Shown here piece by piece: positions 48,291 to 59,389 of a stretch of DNA of 64,000 nucleotides. Origin of the DNA: Chiloscyllium plagiosum (lineage: Eukaryota). The stretch lies in NCBI RefSeq assembly GCF_004010195.1, contig NC_057728.1:50984048-51048047 (forward strand). The letters run 5' to 3'. A program made the position numbers and the translations under genes. How positions within the stretch are numbered: position 1 is the first letter of the stretch; every line of letters starts with the position of its first letter. The notes beneath the pieces were generated by a model. The model did not search any database, was not told the DNA's origin, and was given only the letters and a program-made list of their open reading frames with translations.

Positions 48291-50331
48291 GTTATAAAAA
48301 GAAGTTTAAAGTCAGTTCAGTGAGACCCTCAGTGGTGCATGAATTAGTTTTGAAATATTTTGCTATTTTAGCGAGGTTTGATTGGGCAGTTGATTGTTTC
48401 CTGATTAACACTAGACTTGGTCTCTGCACATGAAAGATTTGGAAACTGATATTAAAACACAACAGCGCAAAGGCACTTTGAATGATGGGACCTGCAGCTG
48501 TATTTGGAAGCAGATGGTGCCTGACTCATGACTCACTTTAGAAACACAGAAAGATTTATTGTCGTGGTGGCTATTCAGTCCATCGTGACTGGGACTGACT
48601 TTCTCAGCTACTCCTGTTGTGAGGAGGTAAGCCCTAGAGCAATGCTGGGGCTCTGATTTCAAGTTCCAAAGTGTATCTGTAATGTTCCCGAACACTGGTG
48701 TCCATGATGGGAAGTGGTTGAGGGGTAGTAGGACCTTGGTGGTTTGCTCTCTCTCTCTCTCTCTTTGTCTTTCTCGTGCTCTCTCTTTCTCTCACACGCT
48801 GTCTCCTGCATGCACCCTTACACATGTTCTGTCACTCTCCTTTGCAGTCTCACTCTGTCATGCTCCCGATCCACTAGCTCCAGGTACCAAACTCTATGAA
48901 GGCATGGTGAGCATGAATTTCCATCGGATTGGTCCATGTTTATGGGCAGTATACTATAGTGGTTTGCCATTGCCTTCTGCAGGATAGCTGACCAGGAAAC
49001 TCCAACTCCTCACGCCAGCCATATTTGAAGAATTTACAGACTGACAATCATTTTGACTGTTCACAATATAAGCACACTTTCTGTTGTCAAGCAGCCTCAA
49101 AGAGAGACTTGAATCCAGAGCACAGGAACAGAGGTAGAGGTATTTACCACAGCACCACAAGATCACCTACACTCAGGGGTTCATCCACATCATTCATTGA
49201 AGGTTCAGGGGCAGAAAGCTAAAACCCACAGAAGGTGTTCTTGGTTTAATCAGCTTGGAGAATACTAGAATAAAGCAGTAACCATTAACTAATACAGAAC
49301 ACTGTGTCAGTTCACAGTTAGAGACTATGTACACGGTACCCAATTACAGGAAGACCACAAAGCCACTGACGCCGGACAGTGTAGATTCACCAGGACAAGG
49401 ACTGAAATGGACACACTTGGCATTGTTTCCACTAAAACAGAAAAAAAATTAAGAGAAAGTATAACAGGGTTTATTTTTCAATTTTGAGGTTTTTTTTGGG
49501 ATAAATAATGGGATGATTTCATCTGCCTGAAATATGGACATGAAACATATTGCAATGAAACTGATATATTGTTTTCACTTTGTTGTGTGCAACTTGTTCT
49601 GTAAGCCAGCATCCTGTGAGAATGGTAATATTTAAATAACAGATGTCAAAGGGATTATTATAGTTAACTGTTCTAAACTGCTAGTTACATTCAATTCTGC
49701 CTTGCAATCAGGACGAGGTCTTTTCCAAGGATTGTGAAAGGGCACTCGACACAATTCCAGGGTCACTGAAGAGGAGCTTAACGGTGCCAGGCGATGAGAT
49801 TACAAGATGGTATATAGGTGAAGAAAAGTGGGCACCATGCCAGAATCATGCAGTCTTCTTGGCATTGATCCTATTAAAAACAACTCATCTACACAGTTTC
49901 TTTATTGTTGGGACTCAGGGAGGCTTGAATGGTTGGAGCTCAGGAAAAAGTCTAGAGTTGTAGTGAGGCTTGCTGTTTGTGAAAAGGTTGATTATATCTA
50001 GGAGTGCAGTTTCTGAGAATCTAGGGAAGTATACTCCCAATAAAGGAGAGTAGATCTCCAGAACACGAGCAGTAGTTGAGGCAATCCATGATGGAGTGGA
50101 TTTTCAGAGAGATTCGGGGACAGGTCAACAAAAGTGAAGAACTGTATTCCTTCGTGATGTTTGAACATGGTTTGGTGACCACAGTGACACTAAAGTCTGA
50201 AGGGAATTGCTTGAGAAATCCATGCGATCCATTTGATCTCATTTGTAATTTGATGTGTTCTGTCAGGTGTTCCACCATCGTTTTGCCTGTTACTCATTTT
50301 ACCCTAAGTTTTGGAAATTCGAATACAAGTA

Positions 50332-50842
50332 CAGTGGTGCCTCGGAATCCGAATTTAATTTATTCCAGGGGCTGTTCGAATTGCGAAAAGTTCGGATTCC
50401 GAAACTATTTTCCCCGTAAGAAATAATGGAAAGTGAATTAATCTTTTTCTGGAGCCAAAAAAAACATTTTCAAGACACTTTTAATAAAAGCAAGAGATAA
50501 ATGTACTAACATGAAAATAACTTCATTTACCTTAGTGAGGAGTGCTAATGGTGAATGCACTTATTTGCTTCACTGCTCTTCTTGGGTGTAATTGTGAATG
50601 CACAAGGGTGATAATTTAAAAAACCAGCACAAATCACAAGGTAAACTAGTGATGGACGCGCGAGAGATACTTTCACGACTACTTCCGGGGATGAACTGAA
50701 CAAACAATGTGTGACCTAAACAGTACATGGTATTCGGATTCTGAAAATGTGTCCGGATTTTAGGGCAAAATGTTCGCGAAATAATTGTTCGGATTCCGAT
50801 TTGTTCGAACAATAGGGCATTCGGATTCTAGGGTCACCACTG
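50332..50842. mobile_element. Tigger/pogo-like non-autonomous DNA transposon (MITE, 511 bp)
   Basis: TA|CAGTGGTGCCTCGGAATCCGAAT ... ATTCGGATTCTAGGGTCACCACTG|TA; subterminal TTCGGATT/TTCGAA repeats; no transposase ORF. Confidence 0.85.
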
Positions 50843-51160
50843 TAATACCTTTCTTTATGCAGTCTAAACCATTTTTTATTGCAAATAACCCTTATCTATT
50901 TGTTTGAGTGAGCTTCATTTGTAATAAATAAGCTATTTGTTGATGAAAGAAACCTGGCTGAAATGTTTCTAAAACTGAACCAGAGGCAGTCCTGTCTAAA
51001 AACCGCAAGTACTGCGGATGCAGTAAATCAGAAACAAGACCACAGATTGCTGGAAACGTCCAGCAGGTCTGGCAGCATCTGTGAAGAGAAATCAGAGTTA
51101 GCGTTTCAGCTTGTCGACCCAAAACGTTAACTCTGATTCCTCTCCACAGATGCTGCCAGA

Positions 51161-51366
51161 GCTGAAAATGTGTTGCTGGAAAAGCGCAGCAGGTCAGGCA
51201 GCATCCAGGGAACAGGAGAATCGACGTTTCGGGCATAAGCCCTTCTTCAGGCTTATGCCCGAAACGTCGATTCTCCTGTTCCCTGGATGCTGCCTGACCT
51301 GCTGCGCTTTTCCAGCAACACATTTTCAGCTCTGATCTCCAGCATCTGCAGACCTCACTTTCTCCT
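51161..51366. mobile_element. Young palindromic PLE insertion (family 1) nested in an older family-2 palindrome (about 51000-51415)
   Basis: Perfect 85-bp inverted arms 51157-51241 / 51250-51334; TSD CACAG(A/T)TGCTGCCAGA at 51145-51160 / 51367-51382. Confidence 0.85.
51219..51252 (-). ncRNA. Minimal type-I hammerhead ribozyme-like motif (PLE-associated)
   Basis: Minus strand C-CUGAAGA-A-GGGC-UUAU-GCCC-GAAAC-GUC-GA. Confidence 0.6.
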
Positions 51367-53133
51367 CACAGTTGCTGCCAGACCTGCTGAGCTTTTCCAG
51401 CAATTTCTGTTCCTGTAGAAGTCCTGTATATGTTGGTCATGACATCATTCTGGCTGTGTTTAAAGTTTGTTATTATTGGATGTGAACTGGGACTCAAAAG
51501 CAATTGGTGCACTCCTCCCAGCTCAGTCGTGACAAAACAAAAAAAAAGACCATCTTCCAGAGAAGTATTTAGAGTCATAGTGTCGCCGTGGGGAATGTTT
51601 GGGGAGAAAATGAGGTGAATACCTTGGCTTTTTTTAAAAGAGAAAATGGAAAAGCTGAGTAGGTGTGTTGGTTTTGGATCATTTCAGCAAAGAGTGGGTT
51701 CCTTTTTTATTAAAATGTGGGTGACACTCACAGCTGCATGAGTTATCCATCAATAGTGTCTCTGAAGGTATTTAGGGTTACACTGTGGGACTGGAGTCAC
51801 ATGCAGGCACAACCACGTAAGTGAGGGAAGAATGTCCCATTTCTTTCTTTTAATAATGTTCCACTACTGTTCTTGGCTGTGTTAGCCCAGAATTTGCCAT
51901 AAATGATTTGAATGCATATCTTGAAAGTTGCTGTCCAGTACCAGAGCCATAGAGTCATTCTGGCACAGAAAGAAGCCACTCAGCCCATCAAATCTGTGCT
52001 GACTTATGCTGAGCAGTCTGCTAAATCCCACTCCTTTGCTCAATTCCCATAGCTCTGCAAACTTATTTCCCTCAATTTCTTTTTGAAATCATTGACTGTC
52101 TCCACTGCTGTCCACTCACCCCAAGTTTCCAGAGCAAGGAACAGGACAGACAGTATAGAAAGACTCAGGAAGCTAATTGAGGAGTCCTAGTTCAGGATTC
52201 TGTTAAGGTTAACATGCAGGTTCAGTTGGCAGTTAGGAAGGCAAATGCAATGTCAGCATTCGTTTGAAAAGAGCTATAATACAAAAGCAGAGATGTACTT
52301 CTGATGCTGTTTAAGACTCTGTGTGTGTCTGTGTGTTTTGTATGAGGAGTGGTGAAGGGCTCTGACTCTGCACCTGGTGTGAGTGCTTGACCTGTTCCTT
52401 TCCATGGAACCAGTGTGGACATTACTAATGAACTAAATGAGGCGGTAAATGGTATTTTGTTTGGTACCATGTCCATTTGATATAATCCCCCTGACTTTAA
52501 TGCCGTTGAAACTTTGAAAGCGACAATCACAAGCATCTTGAGTTATGAAGCAGCTTTTGTTCCAGATGATGGGATGAGCCTGTTGCACATGTTAATGTGT
52601 CCTCTGCTATTCTCTAATTGGTAAAATGGTTGTTAACTATCTGGCACCAGTTAAAATCCCATTCGTTCTCATTATCCAAAAGAATTTGCAATCATCACAC
52701 AAGCACTGAACACTGTGACGATCCAAATGAAGATGTTCTGAAGTCTGTTTGTTCACAGTGCAGTGCAGTACTATAAGAGAAATTCTCGACAGTGAATAAC
52801 TAATGTAATGAGAAGACTGGTAAGGTCAGTCTGCACTGTTACTGGCTGAGCTATTACTGGTGATGAATCTTCAGTAATAAACAATGCAGAGAGGATGCTG
52901 GACTGATCGATAATGATCGATGTGAAAATATCTATTCATGCAAACAGTGGTGGAAATCTGAAGCAGTCTCTCTGATGGAGGGAAACTGTTGATTTGGGTG
53001 GGGTCAATTGAAACTTACAAAGCTGAGATTTCAGTGAATGTATTGATGATTAGGGTCCAAAGGTGTGAAGGTGGAGTTAATGTAATGATCAGCTTTGATC
53101 TAGCTGAATGTTGGAACAGGTTTGAGAGGCCGA

Positions 53134-53244
53134 TTAGCTTCCCACTGTTCCACTCTTCCTAATGGATTCTGATAGGGAAATCTGGAATGTGTTCCTCCAT
53201 ATTTTGTTGTATTCCTTATGTTCATTGTCTCTGTGGAGGATCCA
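53134..53244 (-). CDS. Candidate terminal exon of a - strand gene (WILHRDNEHKEYNKIWRNTFQISLSESIRKSGTVGS*)
   Basis: Acceptor ctaatctctctctgtgcag; the phase-0 frame is open to TAA; frame assignment is uncertain. Confidence 0.3.
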   Translation of the reverse strand, partial: WILHRDNEHKEYNKIWRNTFQISLSESIRKSGTVGS

Positions 53245-53632
53245 CTGCACAGAGAGAGATTAGCACTTGGCCATTTATTTTGCCCAATAGGCTCTGGGAA
53301 AAGGCTAACATATGGATTCAAGGGTTCCAGCCTGTGTGCTCTTGCAAGCTACTAGGTTTGGTATTTCATGTTTTTAACATCACATTGTAACAAATTCTGA
53401 TGGAAGACCTTTGACATATCTGCATAACTCCTACCTGACTTGCCACGCCCATCCAGCATAATGTGTTTTCAGTAGCAGTATATCAATGGCAGAAGGACAG
53501 GCAAGACCCATGTTCATAAAACAACACCTTTCACCACCATTGGATCATCCAGGCAACTCCATAACTAGTGAAGCTGGGGCCATCAAACCATGTCTGAGAT
53601 AAGCTCTGCAAATACGAGCTAATCAAAGTTAC

Positions 53633-53722
53633 CTTTTTGAATGTACGCTGGATTTTCGAATTTCTGATAATAGTTGAAGATAAATCGTGTGACCATGTTG
53701 GATTTGGATTGGCAGAATGTAC
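53633..53722 (-). CDS. Putative 90-nt internal exon of an unidentified - strand gene
   Basis: Acceptor ctgcctttcctcacag and donor AAG|gtaact; symmetric length; all three frames are open (phase 0 reads VHSANPNPTWSHDLSSTIIRNSKIQRTFKK). Confidence 0.5.
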
Positions 53723-53767
53723 CTGTGAGGAAAGGCAGCTGCCCCCCCTCCCACCGCTACCCCGCCA

Positions 53768-53809
<42 letters not shown>
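53768..53809. repeat. (TC)n microsatellite
   Basis: Direct inspection. Confidence 0.9.
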
Positions 53810-53812
<3 letters not shown>

Positions 53813-53964
53813 GCGCCCCCCCCACCTCACTCTTTGACATGGGACAATGAATAGAAACGCCTGCTTTTACAAGGATTCAAAGGAGGATGAATGCAAATGA
53901 ATGTTTCTACAAATCAGTATGTTCTGTTTTTGTAAATTTATCAATATTGTCATGGATTTGTACA

Positions 53965-54350
53965 AACCCTTCCGTCTAACTCTTCCACGCTGGCCAGATA
54001 TCATAAACTAATCTAGTCCCATTTGCCAGCATTTGGCCCATAACCCTCCAAACCCTTCCTATTCACATACTCATCCAGATATCTTTTAAATGTAATTGTA
54101 CCAGCCTCCATCACTTCCTCTGGCAGCTTATTTCCATACACGCACCATCCTCTGAGTGAAAAGGTTGCCCCTTAGGTCCCTTTTAAAATTTTCCACTCTC
54201 ATTTTAAACCGATGTCCTCTAGTTTTGGACTCCCCTACCCTGGGAAAAAGACTTTGTCCATTCACCCTGTCTATGCCCCTTACGATTTTAAAAACCTCTA
54301 TAAGGTCACCTCTCAGCCTCCGGTGCTCCAGGGAAAATAGCCCCAGCCTC
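53965..54350 (-). mobile_element. HER1 LINE 3' fragment
   Basis: LGLFSLEHRRLRGDLIEVFK..KTRGHRFK..QRMVRVW. Confidence 0.85.
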
Positions 54351-54889
54351 ACTGAGGAGCCTTATTTCAACATTTGCTTCATAGTACAGAACCTGAGTAT
54401 TACTGAGCAAAGACAAAATTAGTTGAAGTGTTTTGTTTCATGCCAATCAGGATGGTTTACAAGAAAGGGGATCAAATCCCAATGTCTGGGCCATCTCCTG
54501 GGTCAGGTTAATAGAGCTGTGAATTTGTCCAAATGTACTGTTACAACTCAGCTGTCAAATGTTCAACCCTAACCCCATCATTCTCAGTTGAAGATTCACT
54601 TTGGGATGGCTGAGTGTCTGGTGAAATGGCCAACCCAACTCACTTGTGATGGCCTTAATGTGGTGTGGATCTAACTGGGGGGAGCAAGTCAGCATCTGGT
54701 TGCCTGTGCTGTCAGGTGATGTTTAGAAACTTCCAAAGAGGGTTGACTTTAAAGCTTCTCGGCTTGAAACTGGAACCCAGTCCAGGTTCTTGTATGTTTA
54801 GAGCAGAGTAGGCAAGCCATTGCTGTACATGGGCATTTAGTTTATATAGGAGAATTATTTTTCTTCATTTCTCTTCATTTCTGTCCATG

Positions 54890-55125
54890 GGGTGATATGG
54901 TAGTATGCACAGGACTGGAAATCCAGAATGCTTAATGTTCTGGGGTCGTCAGTTCAATTCCCAGCACGGCAGGTGGCAAAATTTGAATTCAGTAAAACTC
55001 TGGAACTAAAAGCCAGCCTAATAATGATCATGTTGATTGTCATAGATACCCAACTGGCTCATTAACGTATCTTTTAAGGGAAGGAAATCTGTCAAATTTA
55101 CCTGGTCGGGCCGACAGATTACACA
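54890..55125 (+). mobile_element. tRNA-derived SINE family B
   Basis: GTTCAATTCCCA B-box-like motif, GGTGGCAAAATTTGAATTCA, and AAGGAAATCTG..TTACCTGGTC. Confidence 0.5.
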
Positions 55126-56007
55126 CAGCAACTGTTACCTGCTGACACTGCCATTGCAGCACTGAGGTAGTGCTGCACTGTTGGAGGTGGAGTTATTAAA
55201 ATGAGGTGTTAAACTGGGGCCCAATAGGTCTTTCTGGGGGGCATTAAAAAGATCATTCCACTCTCAATTCATATCCAGCTGTGTATCTTAATAATCTAAC
55301 ACAAACAATTATTAAAGTGGGCTGGAATAAGTTGTTGTATTAGCTATTGATTCCAAGCCTGGGTCGCAGTGTAAGAAATGTCAGTAATTATTCGGCTTCC
55401 TCAGATCTATTAGAATTTTATTTTATTAATTGTTTAACACTGCTTTATACCATGGCTGTATAGACCATACATCAATATGTAGCTTACGGTGATACAGTTT
55501 ACTGCCATACAACAGCAGTTAGGTAACCTGTATAAACTGCTGGTTCAGCCTAGGCTATGGTAAGATTCTGGTCCACAGTTCAGCTTGGATATGAATTCAT
55601 TAGGGAGGGCGCTGAAGAAGTATACAAGAATGATTTAGGTCCCTGAATAGCTCAGATAGAGAAAGTTGAGAAGAGATTTGATCGAGGTATTCAAAACTAT
55701 GAACCGTCTGTACAGAGCAGACAGGGAATGACTGATCTGGCAGAAAGGACTGGCCAATGATTTCGGGTGATATGAGGAAAATCGCCTTCACGCAGTGACG
55801 TTAGGGTCTGAAATGCACTCACTGAGAGTGCGGTAGAAGCTGGTTCAAATGTGATATTGAACGGAAATTGGTTAATTAATTGATTAATGAATTGGGGTAA
55901 CTAAAATTGAAGAAAGGTGATGGAGTGGGATTTGCAGCTGAACTGTTCTTGCAAAGGGCCAGTATAATCAGGAGAGGCAGAATGGCCACCTTTCATGCAC
56001 TGCCTTT

Positions 56008-56043
56008 ATTCCTGATGAAGGGCTTTTGCCCGAAACGTCGATT
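56008..56043 (+). ncRNA. Minimal type-I hammerhead ribozyme-like motif in a ~97-bp PLE insertion (56005-56101)
   Basis: AUUC-CUGAUGA-A-GGGC-UUUU-GCCC-GAAAC-GUC-GAUU; degenerate 17-bp TSD at 55988-56004 / 56102-56118. Confidence 0.65.
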
Positions 56044-56967
56044 TCGAAGCTCCTTGGATGTTGCCTGAACTCCTGTGCTCTTCCAGCACCACTAATCCAG
56101 AACCTTCCATGCTGTGCCCACTCCTTTAGATGCAGTGTTTATGATGTTTGGCACTTTCTTTGTATTTTATAAGCATGCTCTCCTTGTAGCAGGGTCCAGT
56201 TAGACAAATCTGAAGCAAAACCTGTTGGGTGTTGGGGATGGAATTCACATACTTTCAGAAACTGTGGTGCATCCTTGCAGGGTCATGATTAGCAGCACGT
56301 AACGCTTGCCAGTTACATGCTGATTTACTAAGTCAGAAAGTGATCAAGGCTGGCTGTTTCAGTGGCTGTACATGTGGCTGATATTCCAACTGTCTGCAGC
56401 AGAGATCCCCCAAGTACAGCTGCAGTCTGTTAACGACTTGCCATCGCACCTCACGACAGGATGGTATTTCTTACTTTGTCCTGAAATCGGATGCGTAGAT
56501 TTATGAGAGATGCCAGCAGGCTCAGTGGGGGTGGTAAAGAGAGTGGGCACTTTGCTCCATTTGCTCAGCTCTCAGTAGGTTTGGTAAGGGGCTACTACAA
56601 ACTGGAATAACCTGGCAGTCAAGTGACTGCTGTCTCTGTGTCTCTTGGAGAGGAGAGCAGTTCATTGCTGCGTTCTCAGCAGGCTGTGGCTATATTTGAG
56701 CTTGAATGCTCAGAATGTATACCCTGAGCACTGCGCATGATAGCACTGCAGCAACCTAAACATTAGGATAGAGCGTGGCTATTTATAATACTGTTACTAT
56801 CACATATAAATGTGGTTGGAGCATCTTCAAACATGGTGCAGACGTATAGGGCTAGGCTTCATGTAGTTCATTGTGATGTGAAACATGGTGACAAGACCCA
56901 GGGGGAGGAAATACCATCATGGGAGTGGCCCCATCCCTGTCAGCTCTATGGGCAGGACTGACCCAGC

Positions 56968-57450
56968 AGAGTCAGAGTCATAAAGATGTACAGCACAGAA
57001 ACAGACCCTTCGGTCCAATCCATCCATGCCGACCAGATATCCTCATCTGATCTTGTCCCATTTGTCAGCACTTTGCTCATATCCCTCCAAATCCTTCCTA
57101 TTCATATACCCATCCAGATGCCTTTTAAATGCTGTAATTGTATCAGCCTCCACCACTTCCTCTGGCAGCTCACTCCATACACACACCACCCTCTGTGTGA
57201 AAACGTTGCCCCTTAGGTCCCTTTTATGTCTTTCCCCTCTCACCTTAAATCTATGCCCTCTAGTTCTGGACTCGTCCACCCAGGGAACCTCTATAAAGGT
57301 CACCCCTCAGCCTCCAATGCTGCAGGGAAAACAGCCCTACAGCTGTTTCCCCTACAGGAAAACTCGCCCTGTAGCTCAAATCCTCCAATCCTGGCAACAT
57401 CCTTGTAAACTTTTGTGAACCCTTTCACATTTCACAACATCCTTCTGATA
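56968..57450 (-). mobile_element. HER1 LINE 3' fragment
   Basis: SRTRGHRFKVRGE..FTQRVVCVWSELPEEVV and tail. Confidence 0.85.
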
Positions 57451-57985
57451 GAGCTGGTGGCACATGATATATGGCCGGGAGAGAGTTGCCCTGGGAGTCT
57501 TCATGATATTAGATCAAACATGGGCATACAAATCTCCTGCTGATTACCACATCCCATCCTGCATTGGCTGATGGATCAGTACACCTCCATGTTGAACAAG
57601 ACTTGGAGGCAGCACTCAGGTTGGCATGGGCACAAAATGTACTCTGAGTGATGAATTTCAATATCTATCACCTTAGGATGACTAAGTAATACCATTACAG
57701 GGTCAGCTGGTCCAGTCCTAAAGACTGGGTTTACAGCAGGTGGTGAGGGAAAACATGCTTGACCTCATCCTTACCATGACAGTATCAGTGACAGTGACCA
57801 CCAGAGAGTTCTTCTGGAGACAAAGTCTCACCTTCACATTGCGAATAATCTCCTTCGTGTTGTGTGGCACCATCACCATGCTAAATGGGACAGACTTCGA
57901 ATAGATCGAGCGACTCCAGACTCAACATCCATGAGGCACTGTTGGCCATCACAGCAACTTTGCTACCAGCAGTCAGTGGGCAGAC

Positions 57986-58253
57986 CTTTGCAATGGGTCT
58001 TAAATCATAGGGATGTCTCAATGGGTGGCCATTCAGGTGCCTGAATGGACCTTGAGATTGTGTCAGGCTTCTCCAGACGGAGCTGTCAAGGGTTCCCATT
58101 GTTTCAACAAATGGCAAATCGGAATCTTGACCAATGGGTAAGAGCCCACTTGTCCGGACCTTTAGAAGGTGCTGTGTAACGCAGTTACATGAAGCAGATT
58201 TGATATTCCTGTCAGAATCCATGTGCAGCTGGTCCTCAATAATCTGCATGTTG
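57986..58253 (-). CDS. Candidate coding exon of the - strand gene (NMQIIEDQLHMDSDRNIKSASCNCVTQHLLKVRTSGLLP...LDSSVWRSLT...HPYDLRPIAK)
   Basis: Unique-sequence open frame of 89 codons; acceptor ttttgattcag; weak donor AAG|gtctgc. Confidence 0.35.
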
Positions 58254-59389
58254 CTGAATCAAAACATGTCTTCAATAACGAGAGGAGTTCTGGATTAAAC
58301 TGTTTGTGCTTTCACGAGCATCTTTGAGGCTGATACGGTGTGCATTTTGTGTAATCATATCTGTGCATCCTTAACTTTGCTGTTTACATATCTAGTGTAT
58401 TGATCGACACCAACACGTTTCATCTCAGTTTCACTTTGCCAGTATTATTCAAAGAGTGATGATGCAAGGCATCAGGAAAGAACACAAGAAACAGGAACAG
58501 GAGGAGACCATTCAGCCCATTGAGCATTCAGTTCTATCTTGGCGGCTATGAGGCTTCAACTCCCCTTTCCTGTCTGCTCTCCACATCACTCAATTCCCTC
58601 AAACACCAAATATCTGTCTCTCCCAAATTTAATTATATTCAACCATGGAGACTACAAAATCCACTGCGATAGATAATTCCAAAGATTCACTTTGAGTGCG
58701 GACATTTCTCTTCATTTTAGTCTTCAATGATCGGTCCTTTCTCCTCAGATTGTGCTCCCTCTGTTCTCAATTTGCCACTTGGGTGTGGGTGAGGCAGTGG
58801 AGGGGTCAAGAGAGTACAATAGATGGAACGTAATGCCCTCCCCCTTGGAAAGGATGGTAGGGTATATGCCACCCCTACCTGTGTAGGATTTGCATGTGAG
58901 CCTTGAAAATGCAGAACTTGATTTTGAGTCACTCAGCGCCTGACCTGAGGGAGCTGGGACTGGGTGAGGGGGTGGGGGTCAGCTGAGGCTCCCACCTCCC
59001 CGGACACCCATGACCCCTATTCTGTAACTCCCACCTGCTGTCACACCGTTGTACCCGAAGACGCAGCGATGACCCTGGATCTCAGGTTGGTACCTTACCC
59101 ATAGCAACAGCCTCCTCCCCCATTGGATCTGCCATTCAGTAGACCTCCTGGCTTCAGACTGGCTGATAGCTTTCCCTGCCTGGCTCCTTGATCCCAGGAA
59201 AGGGTGACCCCTGTCTACGTCTGTGAAATGCTCAATTCACAGGGCCTTCCCTCACTGAGGTGGAGTTGGCAATCCAACAGCCCACGGGCTTGTCTCACTC
59301 CAGCTGTTCTGTCATGGGAAGGTGATGGTTGTGGATGAAGGTATGAACCCAACTTCGGAGATCTGTGTACATACTCCACAGGTTGACAC

